Numbered from the stretch's first letter, positions 17,901 to 26,463 are shown. The stretch is 31,149 nucleotides of DNA from a virus (IMGVR_UViG_3300025571_000145:1-31149), one strand, 5' to 3'. Program-made: numbers and translations. Notes: a model not told the origin generated them from the letters alone.

Positions 17901-20360
17901 GAGGCCATTAAGACGGCCATCAAGACCGCGTGGGAGGGCTTTATCAAGCCCGCCCTCGAGGCTTTGTGGTCGTTTATCAAAGACACGCTGGGGCCGGTCT
18001 TCGAATGGATCTGGCAGAACATCATCGTCCCAGCCTGGCAGGGCATCCAGACCGCTATTCAGACGGCGTGGAACAACTTCATCAAGCCCGCGCTGCAAGC
18101 GATCTGGAATTTCATCAAGAACACGCTCGGCCCTGTCTTCACGTGGATCTGGCAGAACATCATCGTCCCAGCCTGGCAGGGCATCCAGACGGCCATCAAG
18201 GCCGCGTGGGAGAACGTCATCAAGCCCGCGCTCCAGGCCATCTGGAACTTCATCAAGAACACGCTGGGGCCGGTGTTCACCTGGATCTGGAAGAACATCA
18301 TCGTCCCGGCCTGGGACGGCATCAAGTCGACGATCACGACGGTCTGGGAAAAATTCCTCAAGCCTGTCTTCGACAAGCTGTATGAGGTGATCTTCAAGAC
18401 CATCCCGGACGGCTTCAAAAAGGGTGTCGAGCTCATCCGGACCGCCTGGGACAAGGTCAAGGAAGCCGCCCGCGCCCCGGTGAAGTTCATCGTCGATGTC
18501 GTCTACAACAACGGCATCGTCAAGGTCTGGAACACCGTCGCCGATTTCCTGAAGCTGCCGAAGCTGTCGACGCTGGCGTTCGCGCGCGGCGGCGTGGTGC
18601 CCGGCTACACCCCGGGTAAGGACGTCGCGCTGGCCGCCGTGTCCGGCGGTGAGGCGATCATGCGCCCCGAGTGGACGAAGGTTGTCGGCGAGGAATACGT
18701 CCACAAGATGAACGCGGCCGCGCGCCGGGGCGGTGTGGCCGGTGTGGCCCGCGCGCTCGGTATCGCCGGCGACCCGTCCGGGTTTGCGGGGGCTTTCGCC
18801 GAAGGCGGCATCGTCGGCGATGTGAAGAAGGTCCTCGCGGGCGGTATCAAGATCGGTGCCGAGAAGCTGCTGAATCCGCTGCTGGATGCGGCGGAGCGGG
18901 CGATGGGGGACAGCGCGTGGGGCCGTATGCTCGTCGGCATCCCCCGCAAGATGATCAGCGAGGTCATCAACTTCCTCGGCGAGAAGGAGATGACGGCCGG
19001 GGCGGGGAAGGCGATCGCCTACGCGCGTGCGCAGATCGGCAAGCCGTACCAGTGGGGCGGCACGGGCCCGGACGCGTTCGACTGCTCGGGTCTGGTGATG
19101 CGGGCCTGGCAGGCGGCCGGGGTGAAGGACATCCCGCGCACGAGCCAGCAGCAGATGGCGTGGGTCAAACCGGTCCAGTCCCCGTCGCCCGGTGACCTGG
19201 GGTTCCCGCACCCGGGGCACGTGTGGCTGTATTCGTCGCCGACGACGATCATCGAGGCGCCCTACACGGGCGCTTTTGTGCGTGAGGTGCCGGCGCGTGC
19301 GGCGCAGCTGATCGGCCGCCCGCCGCAGGCGTTCGCCCGCGGCGGGATCGTCGGGTACGCGCGCGGCGGGATCAGACGGCCGAGGGCTCACATCACCGAC
19401 ACTCCGACGGTGCTGTTCGGTGAGGCAGGGCCGGAGGCTTTCATTCCGCTGCGGCGGGATCGGCGGAGTCTGCGGGTGCTGGGGCAGGCAGCGGCGGCGA
19501 TGGGCCAGGCCGTGGTCCCCGCGTCCAGCCTCGCCGGCGGCGGCTATCTCGAGGCGCTGCAGGCGGCCGCGTTCATGGCCGCGGGCGGGGTGATCCCGCC
19601 CACAGGCTCGGGGTCGGCCGCGTCCGCGGCGGTGCGGCAGGTGTCGGCCACGGTGTCCCAGTCCACCGGCACGATCTCGGCGACGCTGGTCAAGTCGAGC
19701 GAGATGCTGCGGGAGGCGCTCGCCGAGGGCACGACGGTGCTGACCGGCGCGGTCGGTGACGCGTGGCAGCGCGCCTCGGCCGGGTTGACGTCCACGTCGC
19801 AGACGCTCTCGGCGGCGTGGGACCAGGCGGCGGAGGCGACGGCCCAGAGCATCACGCAGGTCGCGGAGGCGGAGACCGAGGCGGCCTCAAAGCTGGTGGT
19901 CGCCACCACGAACCTCGGCGAGACGGTCGCCAAGGCGACCGGTGAGCTGCAGGCGACGCTGGTGCAGGTGGCGGCGACGGCGGGGAAGGCCGCCGCGGGC
20001 GCGGGCAAGACGTCCGCGAAGTCCGCGGCGGCTCCCGTGGACAAGATCAAGTCGTCGGCGATGCTGGCCTCGGTCCGGCAGCAGCAGGACGTGGTGGTGC
20101 TGGTCAGCAAGAACGAGGACATCCCGGTCCGGTTCGGCCACTATGACCAGGGTGGCTGGCTGATGCCGGGCACGAGCCTGGTCTACAACGGCACCGGTAG
20201 GCCGGAGCCGGTTCTTACTGATCAGCAGTGGCGGGATCTGCGCTCTGGCGGTGGGCCGCTGGTGCAGATCGAGGAGTTCCACGCCACACCCGAGCAGTCG
20301 CCGTTCGCGATCGCGCAGGAGCTGCGGCACATGCTCGGCGCGCAGCTGCGGATGCGCTGA
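14928..20360 (+). CDS. Tape measure protein with NlpC/P60 peptidoglycan hydrolase domain
   Basis: GTG 14928 after AAAGGGGG; 1810 aa Ala-rich helical protein; ANPIGLIV, Trp-spaced repeats, FARGG motifs, QIGKPYQWGGTGPDAFDCSGLV...PGHV (~19011-19320), YDQGGWL...NGTGRPEPVLT. Confidence 0.96.
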   Translation: MAQFVAGEVVVPVVPDARGFHRELRKSLVPGAEQIGREVGAQIARGVQAQLGDVYAPLREAARREQARAGQDGAQVGGAFARGVKAQLEAAFRSLPKIELDADASEAQRKVQELRARIETLSGKTVGIDIDAGAALAEVAAIRRELEQLDGKDASVDVRADIGQALAQLAAAETALSGLDGRTAHVRVDVDISGALAAIGTLSMALAGLAAIPVGASLTAGIAGMLGPLAAAGAGFAGLAAVAIPSIGRINEALEEQEKAGQRAASGLTAAAGATRNLAIESLQAQIRQLQAANAADQLRNAQDRVKDAVAGVAAAKDRLKQAAQSAAQAQAAAAQRVAQAERALADAQKAAIRAQEDLNRARQQAIKTLADLGRSLRGNALDQREAALDLREAEAELAKAREKGDPEAIERAEIAYERIKLRIEELQVQEQELQEQQAKGVEGQDAVVAAKERLEQASQRVLDQEKALAKAYEDAGKAGEEAARRVAEARKAVRQAEERVDDAKRALEALKRQQQIQKLQEKIQKIREREQAKAQAAAAARAAQAAAAAQAKATEKTRALTPAERAAAEQIKAFKDAYEDFQKALAPSVLPAITGALGLLQKAFKPLTPLVQGTAGALVELEKSAGRALGGDFWQGFFRDLSAQAPDAVTGLGKSIGNITTGIAGLIRAFLPFVPTFVGGLEQATAAFAKWGQDLGKSEGFKAFMDYVRQTAPTVIGIFKDIWTVLTNLLSGLAGDGATALDIVKSITGWLASLSPETLRAFTLAVLGVVAAFKTWKIIKTTVDGVRRAIQIAQTVWSGLSKAASLAAKGVSLAAKGIGAAARGVGAAWSGISTAAQRAAQVARSAGSAIANAARTAGSVAARGATAAWDGIRTAAQRAGAAARTAGTAIANGARAAAGAAASLGRAALEYGKIAAQAALARARTLAFAATQAVIRGATLAWAAAQKVLNIALKANPIGLIVTAIGLLVAGLVYAWNNSETFRNIVTAAWEAIKTAIKTAWEGFIKPALEALWSFIKDTLGPVFEWIWQNIIVPAWQGIQTAIQTAWNNFIKPALQAIWNFIKNTLGPVFTWIWQNIIVPAWQGIQTAIKAAWENVIKPALQAIWNFIKNTLGPVFTWIWKNIIVPAWDGIKSTITTVWEKFLKPVFDKLYEVIFKTIPDGFKKGVELIRTAWDKVKEAARAPVKFIVDVVYNNGIVKVWNTVADFLKLPKLSTLAFARGGVVPGYTPGKDVALAAVSGGEAIMRPEWTKVVGEEYVHKMNAAARRGGVAGVARALGIAGDPSGFAGAFAEGGIVGDVKKVLAGGIKIGAEKLLNPLLDAAERAMGDSAWGRMLVGIPRKMISEVINFLGEKEMTAGAGKAIAYARAQIGKPYQWGGTGPDAFDCSGLVMRAWQAAGVKDIPRTSQQQMAWVKPVQSPSPGDLGFPHPGHVWLYSSPTTIIEAPYTGAFVREVPARAAQLIGRPPQAFARGGIVGYARGGIRRPRAHITDTPTVLFGEAGPEAFIPLRRDRRSLRVLGQAAAAMGQAVVPASSLAGGGYLEALQAAAFMAAGGVIPPTGSGSAASAAVRQVSATVSQSTGTISATLVKSSEMLREALAEGTTVLTGAVGDAWQRASAGLTSTSQTLSAAWDQAAEATAQSITQVAEAETEAASKLVVATTNLGETVAKATGELQATLVQVAATAGKAAAGAGKTSAKSAAAPVDKIKSSAMLASVRQQQDVVVLVSKNEDIPVRFGHYDQGGWLMPGTSLVYNGTGRPEPVLTDQQWRDLRSGGGPLVQIEEFHATPEQSPFAIAQELRHMLGAQLRMR
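17940..18353 (+). repeat. Three tandem 138-bp (46-aa) repeats in tape measure gene
   Basis: ATCAAGCCCG recurs at 17943, 18081, 18219; unit FIKPALQAIWNFIKNTLGPVFTWIWQNIIVPAWQGIQTAIxxAWxN. Confidence 0.92.
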
Positions 20361-20383
20361 CCACAAGGGGTCTGGCGCGGCGC

Positions 20384-20959
20384 CTACTTGGTGAGGTGCC
20401 AGATGCCCTTGTGGTCGGCCATCCCGCTGTTGAGCGCGAACTGCAGCCGGGTGATCTTGGCGTTCTTCGGCACCTCGAACCCGATCACGCCCTTGCGGAC
20501 GTCGCCGGGGGCGAGGGTGACGGTGCCGCCGAACGACGCGCCGCCCTTGAGATCCACGATGGTGGTGCTGTACTGCTGGCCCTCGCTGTCGATCACGAGG
20601 GCGCAGTTGGAGGGGGAGTCCTCGTAGGCGGTGTCGCCGACGTTTTTGAGGACGAGCTCGACCCCGTAGTAGCGTTTGCCGGCGTCCGGCTTGAAAAAGC
20701 CGTCGGCGGTGGCATCGGGGAGTACGCGGCTGACCTTCACGGCGATCTTGGCGTCGTCGAACCCGCGCAGGGTGATGACGCTGCCGATCGTGGCCTCTGC
20801 CGGCTTCTTCTTCTGCTCCTTGCGCTGGGTGTCGCCGCTTGCGGCCTGAGCGGACGTGCCGCTCGCCTCGGTGTCCTCGGTGCTGGTGACGGTCGGCGCG
20901 CCGCAGGCGGTCAGGGCTGCGGCTAACAGCGCAACGGCGAGTGTGAATCGTGCTCGCAT
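20384..20959 (-). CDS. Lipoprotein with DUF4352-like Ig-fold domain
   Basis: Signal peptide with lipobox LTAC, Ser/Thr linker, PDAGKRYYGVELVLKNVG...LAPGDVRKGVIGFEVPK pattern; antisense to the tail operon. Confidence 0.85.
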   Translation of the reverse strand: MRARFTLAVALLAAALTACGAPTVTSTEDTEASGTSAQAASGDTQRKEQKKKPAEATIGSVITLRGFDDAKIAVKVSRVLPDATADGFFKPDAGKRYYGVELVLKNVGDTAYEDSPSNCALVIDSEGQQYSTTIVDLKGGASFGGTVTLAPGDVRKGVIGFEVPKNAKITRLQFALNSGMADHKGIWHLTK

Positions 20960-21085
20960 TCGGTCCTCCGTGATCGAGGTCAGGTGTGCGGTGCCATCAT
21001 CGCCTGCTCACGGCCGCCTCGGCGCGCACCTCGATCCCCTCGTGACCCAGTTGTTTGTGCTTGTTGTCTGAAAGGGGCGGGCGAT

Positions 21086-21331
21086 ATGTCCCGAATCCAG
21101 GCGTATACGGCCGCTGACCTGGCTCGTCTCCGGTCGATCCACACGCCGCCGGCCGGCGGGTGGACGAACGCCACACGTGACCAGGTCCGCGAGTACCGGG
21201 ATGCGAACGGCCAGCTCGTGCAGGAGGTGCTGGACCAGCTGGGCAACCGGGTGCGGCGGCGCATGCGCCGTGTCGGCGGCCGCTGGGTCGAGGTGCAGGA
21301 TGTGCGGATCAACCTCCGGACGGGGGTGTGA
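21086..21331 (+). CDS. Hypothetical protein (81 aa)
   Basis: ATG 21086 after AAAGGGG; ends 3 nt before the next tail gene. Confidence 0.65.
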   Translation: MSRIQAYTAADLARLRSIHTPPAGGWTNATRDQVREYRDANGQLVQEVLDQLGNRVRRRMRRVGGRWVEVQDVRINLRTGV

Positions 21332-21334
21332 GGC

Positions 21335-21802
21335 GTGGCCATCGATCAGGACGGCTGGTTCGTCGACACGTTCGTCAAAGCCCTGGCCGATGACATCGCG
21401 CTCGACCTGGGTGACACCACTCCCGGCGCGTTCAAAGGCGCCCTGTTCACGGACGGTGTGACGCCGGATTTCGACCAGGAGGACCCGGCGTACGGGTCGT
21501 CGCCGTGGGATGCGAACGAGGCGTCCGGCACCGGCTACACGCCGGGTGGGGCGGATTTGACGGTGACCGGGTGGGGACAGCTGAGCGATGCCCACAGGGT
21601 GGGGTGGAGCTTTGACACGGTGACCTGGGCCGACTCGACGATCTCGGCGGCTGGGCTGCTGGTCTACTGCCCGTCGCTGTCGGACCGGTGCGTGATCCTG
21701 CGCGCGTTCGGCCAGACGTACAGCACTGAGGCCGGTGATTTCGAGATCACGTTCGATCCTGAGGGTGGGGCGTGGCGCAACACCCTCCGCAACACCCCCT
21801 AG
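21335..21802 (+). CDS. Minor tail / virion structural protein
   Basis: FKGALFT...NEASGTGYTPGG...FDTVTW...GDFEITF pattern seen in small virion tail proteins; acidic, Gly/Thr rich. Confidence 0.72.
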   Translation: MAIDQDGWFVDTFVKALADDIALDLGDTTPGAFKGALFTDGVTPDFDQEDPAYGSSPWDANEASGTGYTPGGADLTVTGWGQLSDAHRVGWSFDTVTWADSTISAAGLLVYCPSLSDRCVILRAFGQTYSTEAGDFEITFDPEGGAWRNTLRNTP

Positions 21803-21811
21803 GAGCAGACC

Positions 21812-22288
21812 GTGGCTAAGTCGGGTTACGCGATCACTACTGATGGTGCTGTCGCCCTGTCCACAGCCCCCAAGAGCATCCTCGGCGTCAAGTCGGGTGC
21901 GACCACCGCCAACCACGGCGTCGACTTGCTGGGCATCCGTGTCGCGTTCGATGGGGTGACCGCGTCGGCGACACCGGTGCTGGTGGAGCTGTGCGCGGCG
22001 ACGTTCGCGACCAACGCACCGGGCACGAACTCGACCTCGGTGGCGGTGCGGCAGCGGTACGGCAGGCTCGCGGGCACCGGGTTTACGGCCGCCAAGAACT
22101 GGACTACTGAGCCGACCGTCTTGACGGTGGTCGAGGAGTGGCTGCTCACCCCGAACGGGGGCCTGGTGATCTATGACTGGCCGCTCGGCACGTCGCCGGA
22201 CTCGCCGCTGGGTGAGGGGTTCGTGATCCGATGCACGGCCGGCGCCGCGGTGAACGTGCGCGCCACCATGTATTTCGAGCGGTGCTGA
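21812..22288 (+). CDS. Putative minor tail protein
   Basis: AGGAG SD; beta-rich Thr/Ala/Gly composition; within tail module. Confidence 0.65.
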   Translation: MAKSGYAITTDGAVALSTAPKSILGVKSGATTANHGVDLLGIRVAFDGVTASATPVLVELCAATFATNAPGTNSTSVAVRQRYGRLAGTGFTAAKNWTTEPTVLTVVEEWLLTPNGGLVIYDWPLGTSPDSPLGEGFVIRCTAGAAVNVRATMYFERC

Positions 22289-22301
22289 GAGGAGGGCGCC
22301 A

Positions 22302-22973
22302 ATGCCCTCTCTGCGTGGCAATGCGACCACGGCCACCGGCACCACGGCGAGCCTCAATGTCACCCGGCCCACTGGCGTCGTGTCGGGTGACCTGATGTTC
22401 GCGCTGCAGCAGAGCGAGTACAGCTTGAGCGGCGGTTTGCCGTCGGGGTGGACGCAGATCTACAGCGGCGGCTCTGGGTTTGCGGCGCGCCTGTCCTACC
22501 GGGTCGCCGGGGCTGGCGAGCCGAGCAGCTACTCGTTTGGCGGGGGGAGCGGCGGCGCCCGCCACAACGTAATTCTGATCGCGATCGCGGACGCTGACCC
22601 GGATACCCGGACGCTGCAGTCCGGTAACGCGGGGTCCACCAATACGGTGACCGCGCCGGCCGCCACGGCGGAGCGGGACAGCGCGCTGGTGGTCAGGTTC
22701 GGCCTGGTGGCGACGAACCCGGCCTCGACGTGGACACCGCCCAGCGGCCATACGGAGCGGGCTGAGATCAGCCAGATTCACGGCTGCTCGTGTGCTACCC
22801 AGGATGCGCTGGCGGGGGCGGGGAGCGTGGCCGCGGCCAGCTTCACGGTTTCGGGGGTAATTTTTGATTCCGTTGTCCGGCTCGGGATCACATTGATCGT
22901 GTACCCGCCGCCGGGTGGCGGGCGGCGGGCTGTGGTGTCTGCGGCGGCGGTGCACCGGGCCTGGTCCTGGTAG
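22302..22973 (+). CDS. Putative tail adhesin / minor tail protein
   Basis: GAGGAGG SD; VTRPTGVVSGDLMFA...PSGWTQI...YRVAGAGEPSSYSF, paralogous to the N-terminus of the 24174 gene. Confidence 0.7.
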   Translation: MPSLRGNATTATGTTASLNVTRPTGVVSGDLMFALQQSEYSLSGGLPSGWTQIYSGGSGFAARLSYRVAGAGEPSSYSFGGGSGGARHNVILIAIADADPDTRTLQSGNAGSTNTVTAPAATAERDSALVVRFGLVATNPASTWTPPSGHTERAEISQIHGCSCATQDALAGAGSVAAASFTVSGVIFDSVVRLGITLIVYPPPGGGRRAVVSAAAVHRAWSW

Positions 22974-22988
22974 CAGGGGGGTGGCGCT

Positions 22989-24068
22989 GTGGCTCGTCTG
23001 GGGCGCGGACGCCCGAACCGGTTCGTCTTCGCCCACCCCCGGCTGGGGCAGATCCATGCGCGGCAGCAGCTGCCGGCCTGGGAGACGGCATCCGAGTGGC
23101 CTCCGCTGCTGGTTGAGACCCCGGATGCGCGGCTGTTCCTGCCGGTGTGGGAGACGGCGGCGGAGTGGCCGGCGCTCGACCTGCGGAAACACGCCTACCC
23201 CAAGGGTGTTTGGGAGACGGAGTCCGAGTGGCCGGACCTGCAGGTCACCGTGCCGGTCCGCCCCGGCGACCTGATCACCGGGGACTTCCAGATCGAGTGG
23301 GCCGGGCTGGTCTTCGGCGGGCCGGGCAACGTCTACCAGATCATCAACGGGACGTTGGAGGGCTGGGATGACATGCCCGAGCTCATCAGCGGCAACGCCC
23401 CCCGGGGTGCGCGGCACGGGTCGTGGCCCGGCCGTGACTGGCTGAACGAGCGGGTCGTGTCGGTCACCGTGGCTATCAGCGGGCCCACCGACTCGGAGGC
23501 GTTCACCCTGGCCAGCCGTAATCTCCGCCGAGCGATGGGTATCTCCGCGTCCGGCACGGAGTCTTTTCTGACGATCCGGACCGCGGGCGAAACGCTGATG
23601 GTGGAGGCCAAACCCGACGGCCGGATCATGCCCACCCAGCACTACGGGCAATACTTCACCCCGGTGCAGCTGCGGTGGCGCTGCTCGGACCCGACCCGGC
23701 TGGATGTGCGGCAGCAGTCGGTGCTCGTGCCGGTCGGCGGGCAGCGCACCTGCGACAACGAGGGCGACATGGAGGCCTGTCCGCTGCTGCGGATCCGCGG
23801 CCCGGTCGTAAACCCGGTGATCACCAACGTCACGCTCGGCCGGGTGCTGCGGTTCGACATCACGGTGGGTGACGGGGACCGGCTGGATATCGACACCAAG
23901 CGTGGCACTGCGGTGATCGGCGGCCAGTCGAAGATGGACAGCCTGTCGACGCAGAGTGTGCCGCCGGAGGAGTGGATCCTCGCCGCCGGCCCCAACGTGG
24001 TGTCTTTCGCGGCTGATAGCGGCGGCACCGCAGGGTGCGAGATCCTGTTCCGCTCGTCCTACACCTGA
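22989..24068 (+). CDS. Distal tail protein (Dit)-like with N-terminal extension
   Basis: LEGWDDMPEL, RHGSWPG, CSDPTR, NEGDMEACPLLRIRGPVVNPVI, LDIDT, LAAGPNVV; three WETxxEWPxL repeats at the N-terminus. Confidence 0.82.
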   Translation: MARLGRGRPNRFVFAHPRLGQIHARQQLPAWETASEWPPLLVETPDARLFLPVWETAAEWPALDLRKHAYPKGVWETESEWPDLQVTVPVRPGDLITGDFQIEWAGLVFGGPGNVYQIINGTLEGWDDMPELISGNAPRGARHGSWPGRDWLNERVVSVTVAISGPTDSEAFTLASRNLRRAMGISASGTESFLTIRTAGETLMVEAKPDGRIMPTQHYGQYFTPVQLRWRCSDPTRLDVRQQSVLVPVGGQRTCDNEGDMEACPLLRIRGPVVNPVITNVTLGRVLRFDITVGDGDRLDIDTKRGTAVIGGQSKMDSLSTQSVPPEEWILAAGPNVVSFAADSGGTAGCEILFRSSYT

Positions 24069-24079
24069 CCTCGTCTGAT

Positions 24080-24132
24080 CGAAATTCTTGGGCGCAGCAC
24101 CCCGGCTTCAGCCGTGGGGTTAGCCCATCCCT
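24080..24132 (+). mobile_element. Orphan IS605-family left end inserted 3' of TGAT
   Basis: 24080-24128 matches 7399-7447 at 47/49 positions, both preceded by CTGAT; no tnpB remnant or GAAT-hairpin-TCAA right end follows. Confidence 0.88.
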
Positions 24133-24173
24133 CTCGATCCTCAGACATTAGATAGATGTGCGGGGAGGTGCCG

Positions 24174-26039
24174 GTGCCCTCCATCCGCAGCATCTCGCAG
24201 CGCGCGTTCGCCGGCTCGAGCGCCACCATCCAGCGGCCCTCCGGTGTCCAGCCGGGCGATCTGCTGATCGCTTTCATGGGCTCCGACCAGGGAAGTGTGT
24301 CGGATCTGCAGATCAGCGGCGGGTGGACGCTGATCAGCCAGCAGGGCGGGTTCATAGACGCGTGGGCCGGGTCGAAGGTGTGGCGGCGTGTCGCCACCGC
24401 GAGCGAGCCCACCTCGTACACCGTGTCGCAGCACTCCGGTGCGGACGGTGTGGTCATCATCGTCGCGCTGCGGGATGCCTCAGCCAGCGGCATCATCGCG
24501 GTCGGCGACGGGGCGGAGGAGCCGTTCACCTGGGCTGTCCGGGTGCCGGCGGCCACGCCGAGACAGCCCGGATGCCTGGCGCTGCGGTGGGCCGCGGGCA
24601 CCCAGTACCTGCCCGGCGGCGATGTCGACTGGTTCTACCCGGCGGGGCATCAGGGCGTCACGCAGCTGCAGTCGCGGGATTTCGCGTCCGCGGCGCTGGC
24701 CGTGCGGCAGCTGCCGTCGAACAGCCCGATTGGTACGGCGTGGTTCGAGGTCGACCCCTGGGTTGACGTCTGGCAGAGCTTCACGGTCATTGTGCCGCCG
24801 CCGTCGCAGTCGGGGCCGACGCCTCCGCCCGCGCCGGCGCCGACGATCCCGGCCATCGACTCCAGCGAGCAGGTCGTCCACTACACCTATGTTTTCGCCG
24901 ACCTGCTGACGGATGAGCTGGTGGCGAATGACCTGGATCTGCAGGACGTCACATATGAGCGGCGGATCGGCGAGCCCGGGAGCTTCTCGGCTACGGTGAG
25001 CGTCGTCGACGAGGTGACCGCGGCCAAGGTCGCCCGCGTGGTGCCACGGCATCCGGAGGACCTGTCGACCGGGCCGGGCCGGACCGTCTGCCACGTGTAC
25101 CGCAACGGTGTGGTCTGGGGGAGCTACATCATCTGGTCCGCCAGCATCTCCTGGGGTGGCCGGGATCAGCCGATCCAGGTGCGGCTGGAGGGCTCGAGCC
25201 TGGAGTCGTACCTGTTCCGGGTCAAGATCCGCGAGGACATGGGCCCGTACGAGGGCGTCGACCAGATTGAGATCGCCCGGGATCTGCTGGCGACGATGCA
25301 GCTGACGCCGCGCTACAACATCGGGCTGGTGCTCACCTCCGGGACGTCCGGGGTGACGCGGGATGCGCATTTCCTCGCCTCGGATGCGGCGTCGGTCGGT
25401 GAGCGGCTGCGTGAGCTCGCCGATGTCGATGACGGGTTCGAGTGGATGATCGTCGTCGTCGACAATGGTGACGGCACCCGCACCAGGCATTGGGTGTGGG
25501 GGTACCCGCACATCGGGTCGGACGCCACCGACCACAAGTTCTTGCAGCCCGGCAACGTGCTGTCCTGGTCGGAGTCGATCGATGTGCGGGGTGGCACGGC
25601 GTTCCAAGCCCGCGGGCAGGCGTCGAGCGATGACGCCTCGGAGGAGACGCAGGCGCCGGTGTCGGATGTGATCCTCGCCCAGGCCCATCTTGACGCCGGG
25701 TGGCCGGGGCTGGATGTGACGACCGACCACTCGAATGTCAGCGACGTGGAGACGTTGAACGCGTACGCCAGGTGGGGTGCGGCTAATCGTGCGGGTGCGA
25801 CGCGGCTGCACGAGGCCACCGTCCGCCTGCCGGCGAACACCACGTTCGGGCCCGGCAACCTCGGCGACAAGGTGACGTTGATGCTGGTTAACCCGTGGTG
25901 GCCGGTCGAGAACGGCGTCGCCAGCTTCGCGAAAGCATGGCGGGTGGTCGGCATGCAGATCAAGCCGCCGTCCCGCGGCAGCGACATCGAGGAATGCACC
26001 CTCACGTTCGAGGAAGAGGAGGAGATGCCGGGTGCCTGA
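24174..26039 (+). CDS. Minor tail / baseplate hub protein with N-terminal adhesin-like domain
   Basis: GTG 24174 after GGGAGG; N-terminal RPSGVQPGDLL domain, Pro linker, then YVFADLLT...PGSFSAT...VYRNGVVWGSYIIW...DQIEIARDL...DGFEW hub-like region; follows Dit. Confidence 0.82.
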   Translation: MPSIRSISQRAFAGSSATIQRPSGVQPGDLLIAFMGSDQGSVSDLQISGGWTLISQQGGFIDAWAGSKVWRRVATASEPTSYTVSQHSGADGVVIIVALRDASASGIIAVGDGAEEPFTWAVRVPAATPRQPGCLALRWAAGTQYLPGGDVDWFYPAGHQGVTQLQSRDFASAALAVRQLPSNSPIGTAWFEVDPWVDVWQSFTVIVPPPSQSGPTPPPAPAPTIPAIDSSEQVVHYTYVFADLLTDELVANDLDLQDVTYERRIGEPGSFSATVSVVDEVTAAKVARVVPRHPEDLSTGPGRTVCHVYRNGVVWGSYIIWSASISWGGRDQPIQVRLEGSSLESYLFRVKIREDMGPYEGVDQIEIARDLLATMQLTPRYNIGLVLTSGTSGVTRDAHFLASDAASVGERLRELADVDDGFEWMIVVVDNGDGTRTRHWVWGYPHIGSDATDHKFLQPGNVLSWSESIDVRGGTAFQARGQASSDDASEETQAPVSDVILAQAHLDAGWPGLDVTTDHSNVSDVETLNAYARWGAANRAGATRLHEATVRLPANTTFGPGNLGDKVTLMLVNPWWPVENGVASFAKAWRVVGMQIKPPSRGSDIEECTLTFEEEEEMPGA

Positions 26040-26463
26040 ATACCGTGACGACCTCCTCAAGGAGCTCGCCGATCTCAGGCGGAGGGTTGACCAGCTCTCC
26101 GCCCTGGTGCAGCGGCGGTCGGCGCTGACTACGGCGTCGGCCGGGTGGGTCATCCCTAACCGGTCGACACCGTCGGCTCCGGAGAGCGGTGCGCACCTGT
26201 ATGCGGCGAACGGTCAGTTGATGGTGCGCCAGTCTGATGGGACCACGTTCCCGGTGGAGCCGGCTCCGGAGATTCCGTTCGAGCCGGCGGCCCCGGTGTC
26301 GGATGTGCCGGTGTTTCAGTCCCCGTCCAATCCCCCTCAGACGGTTGAGGGGCTGCACTCGGCGTACCGGTCGTTGCGTGATGACTGCCAGTCGGGGCTG
26401 AGGGCGAATCTGATCGAGTTGAAGACGTCGCTGCGTAACGCGGGGATCTTGTTGGGTTCCTGA
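26032..26463 (+). CDS. Putative minor tail protein
   Basis: Overlaps hub gene end; N-terminal coiled coil DLLKELADLRRRVDQL; C-terminal ELKTSLRNAGIL. Confidence 0.7.
   Translation: MPEYRDDLLKELADLRRRVDQLSALVQRRSALTTASAGWVIPNRSTPSAPESGAHLYAANGQLMVRQSDGTTFPVEPAPEIPFEPAAPVSDVPVFQSPSNPPQTVEGLHSAYRSLRDDCQSGLRANLIELKTSLRNAGILLGS

Noticed and set aside
15822-19391. 1189-aa minus-strand ORF, and similar long antisense ORFs at 2694-4793, 9826-12000 and 24480-26153
   Set aside because: Shadow frames of GC-rich genes; Arg/Pro/Gly-rich with no motifs and fully overlapping well-supported + strand genes.
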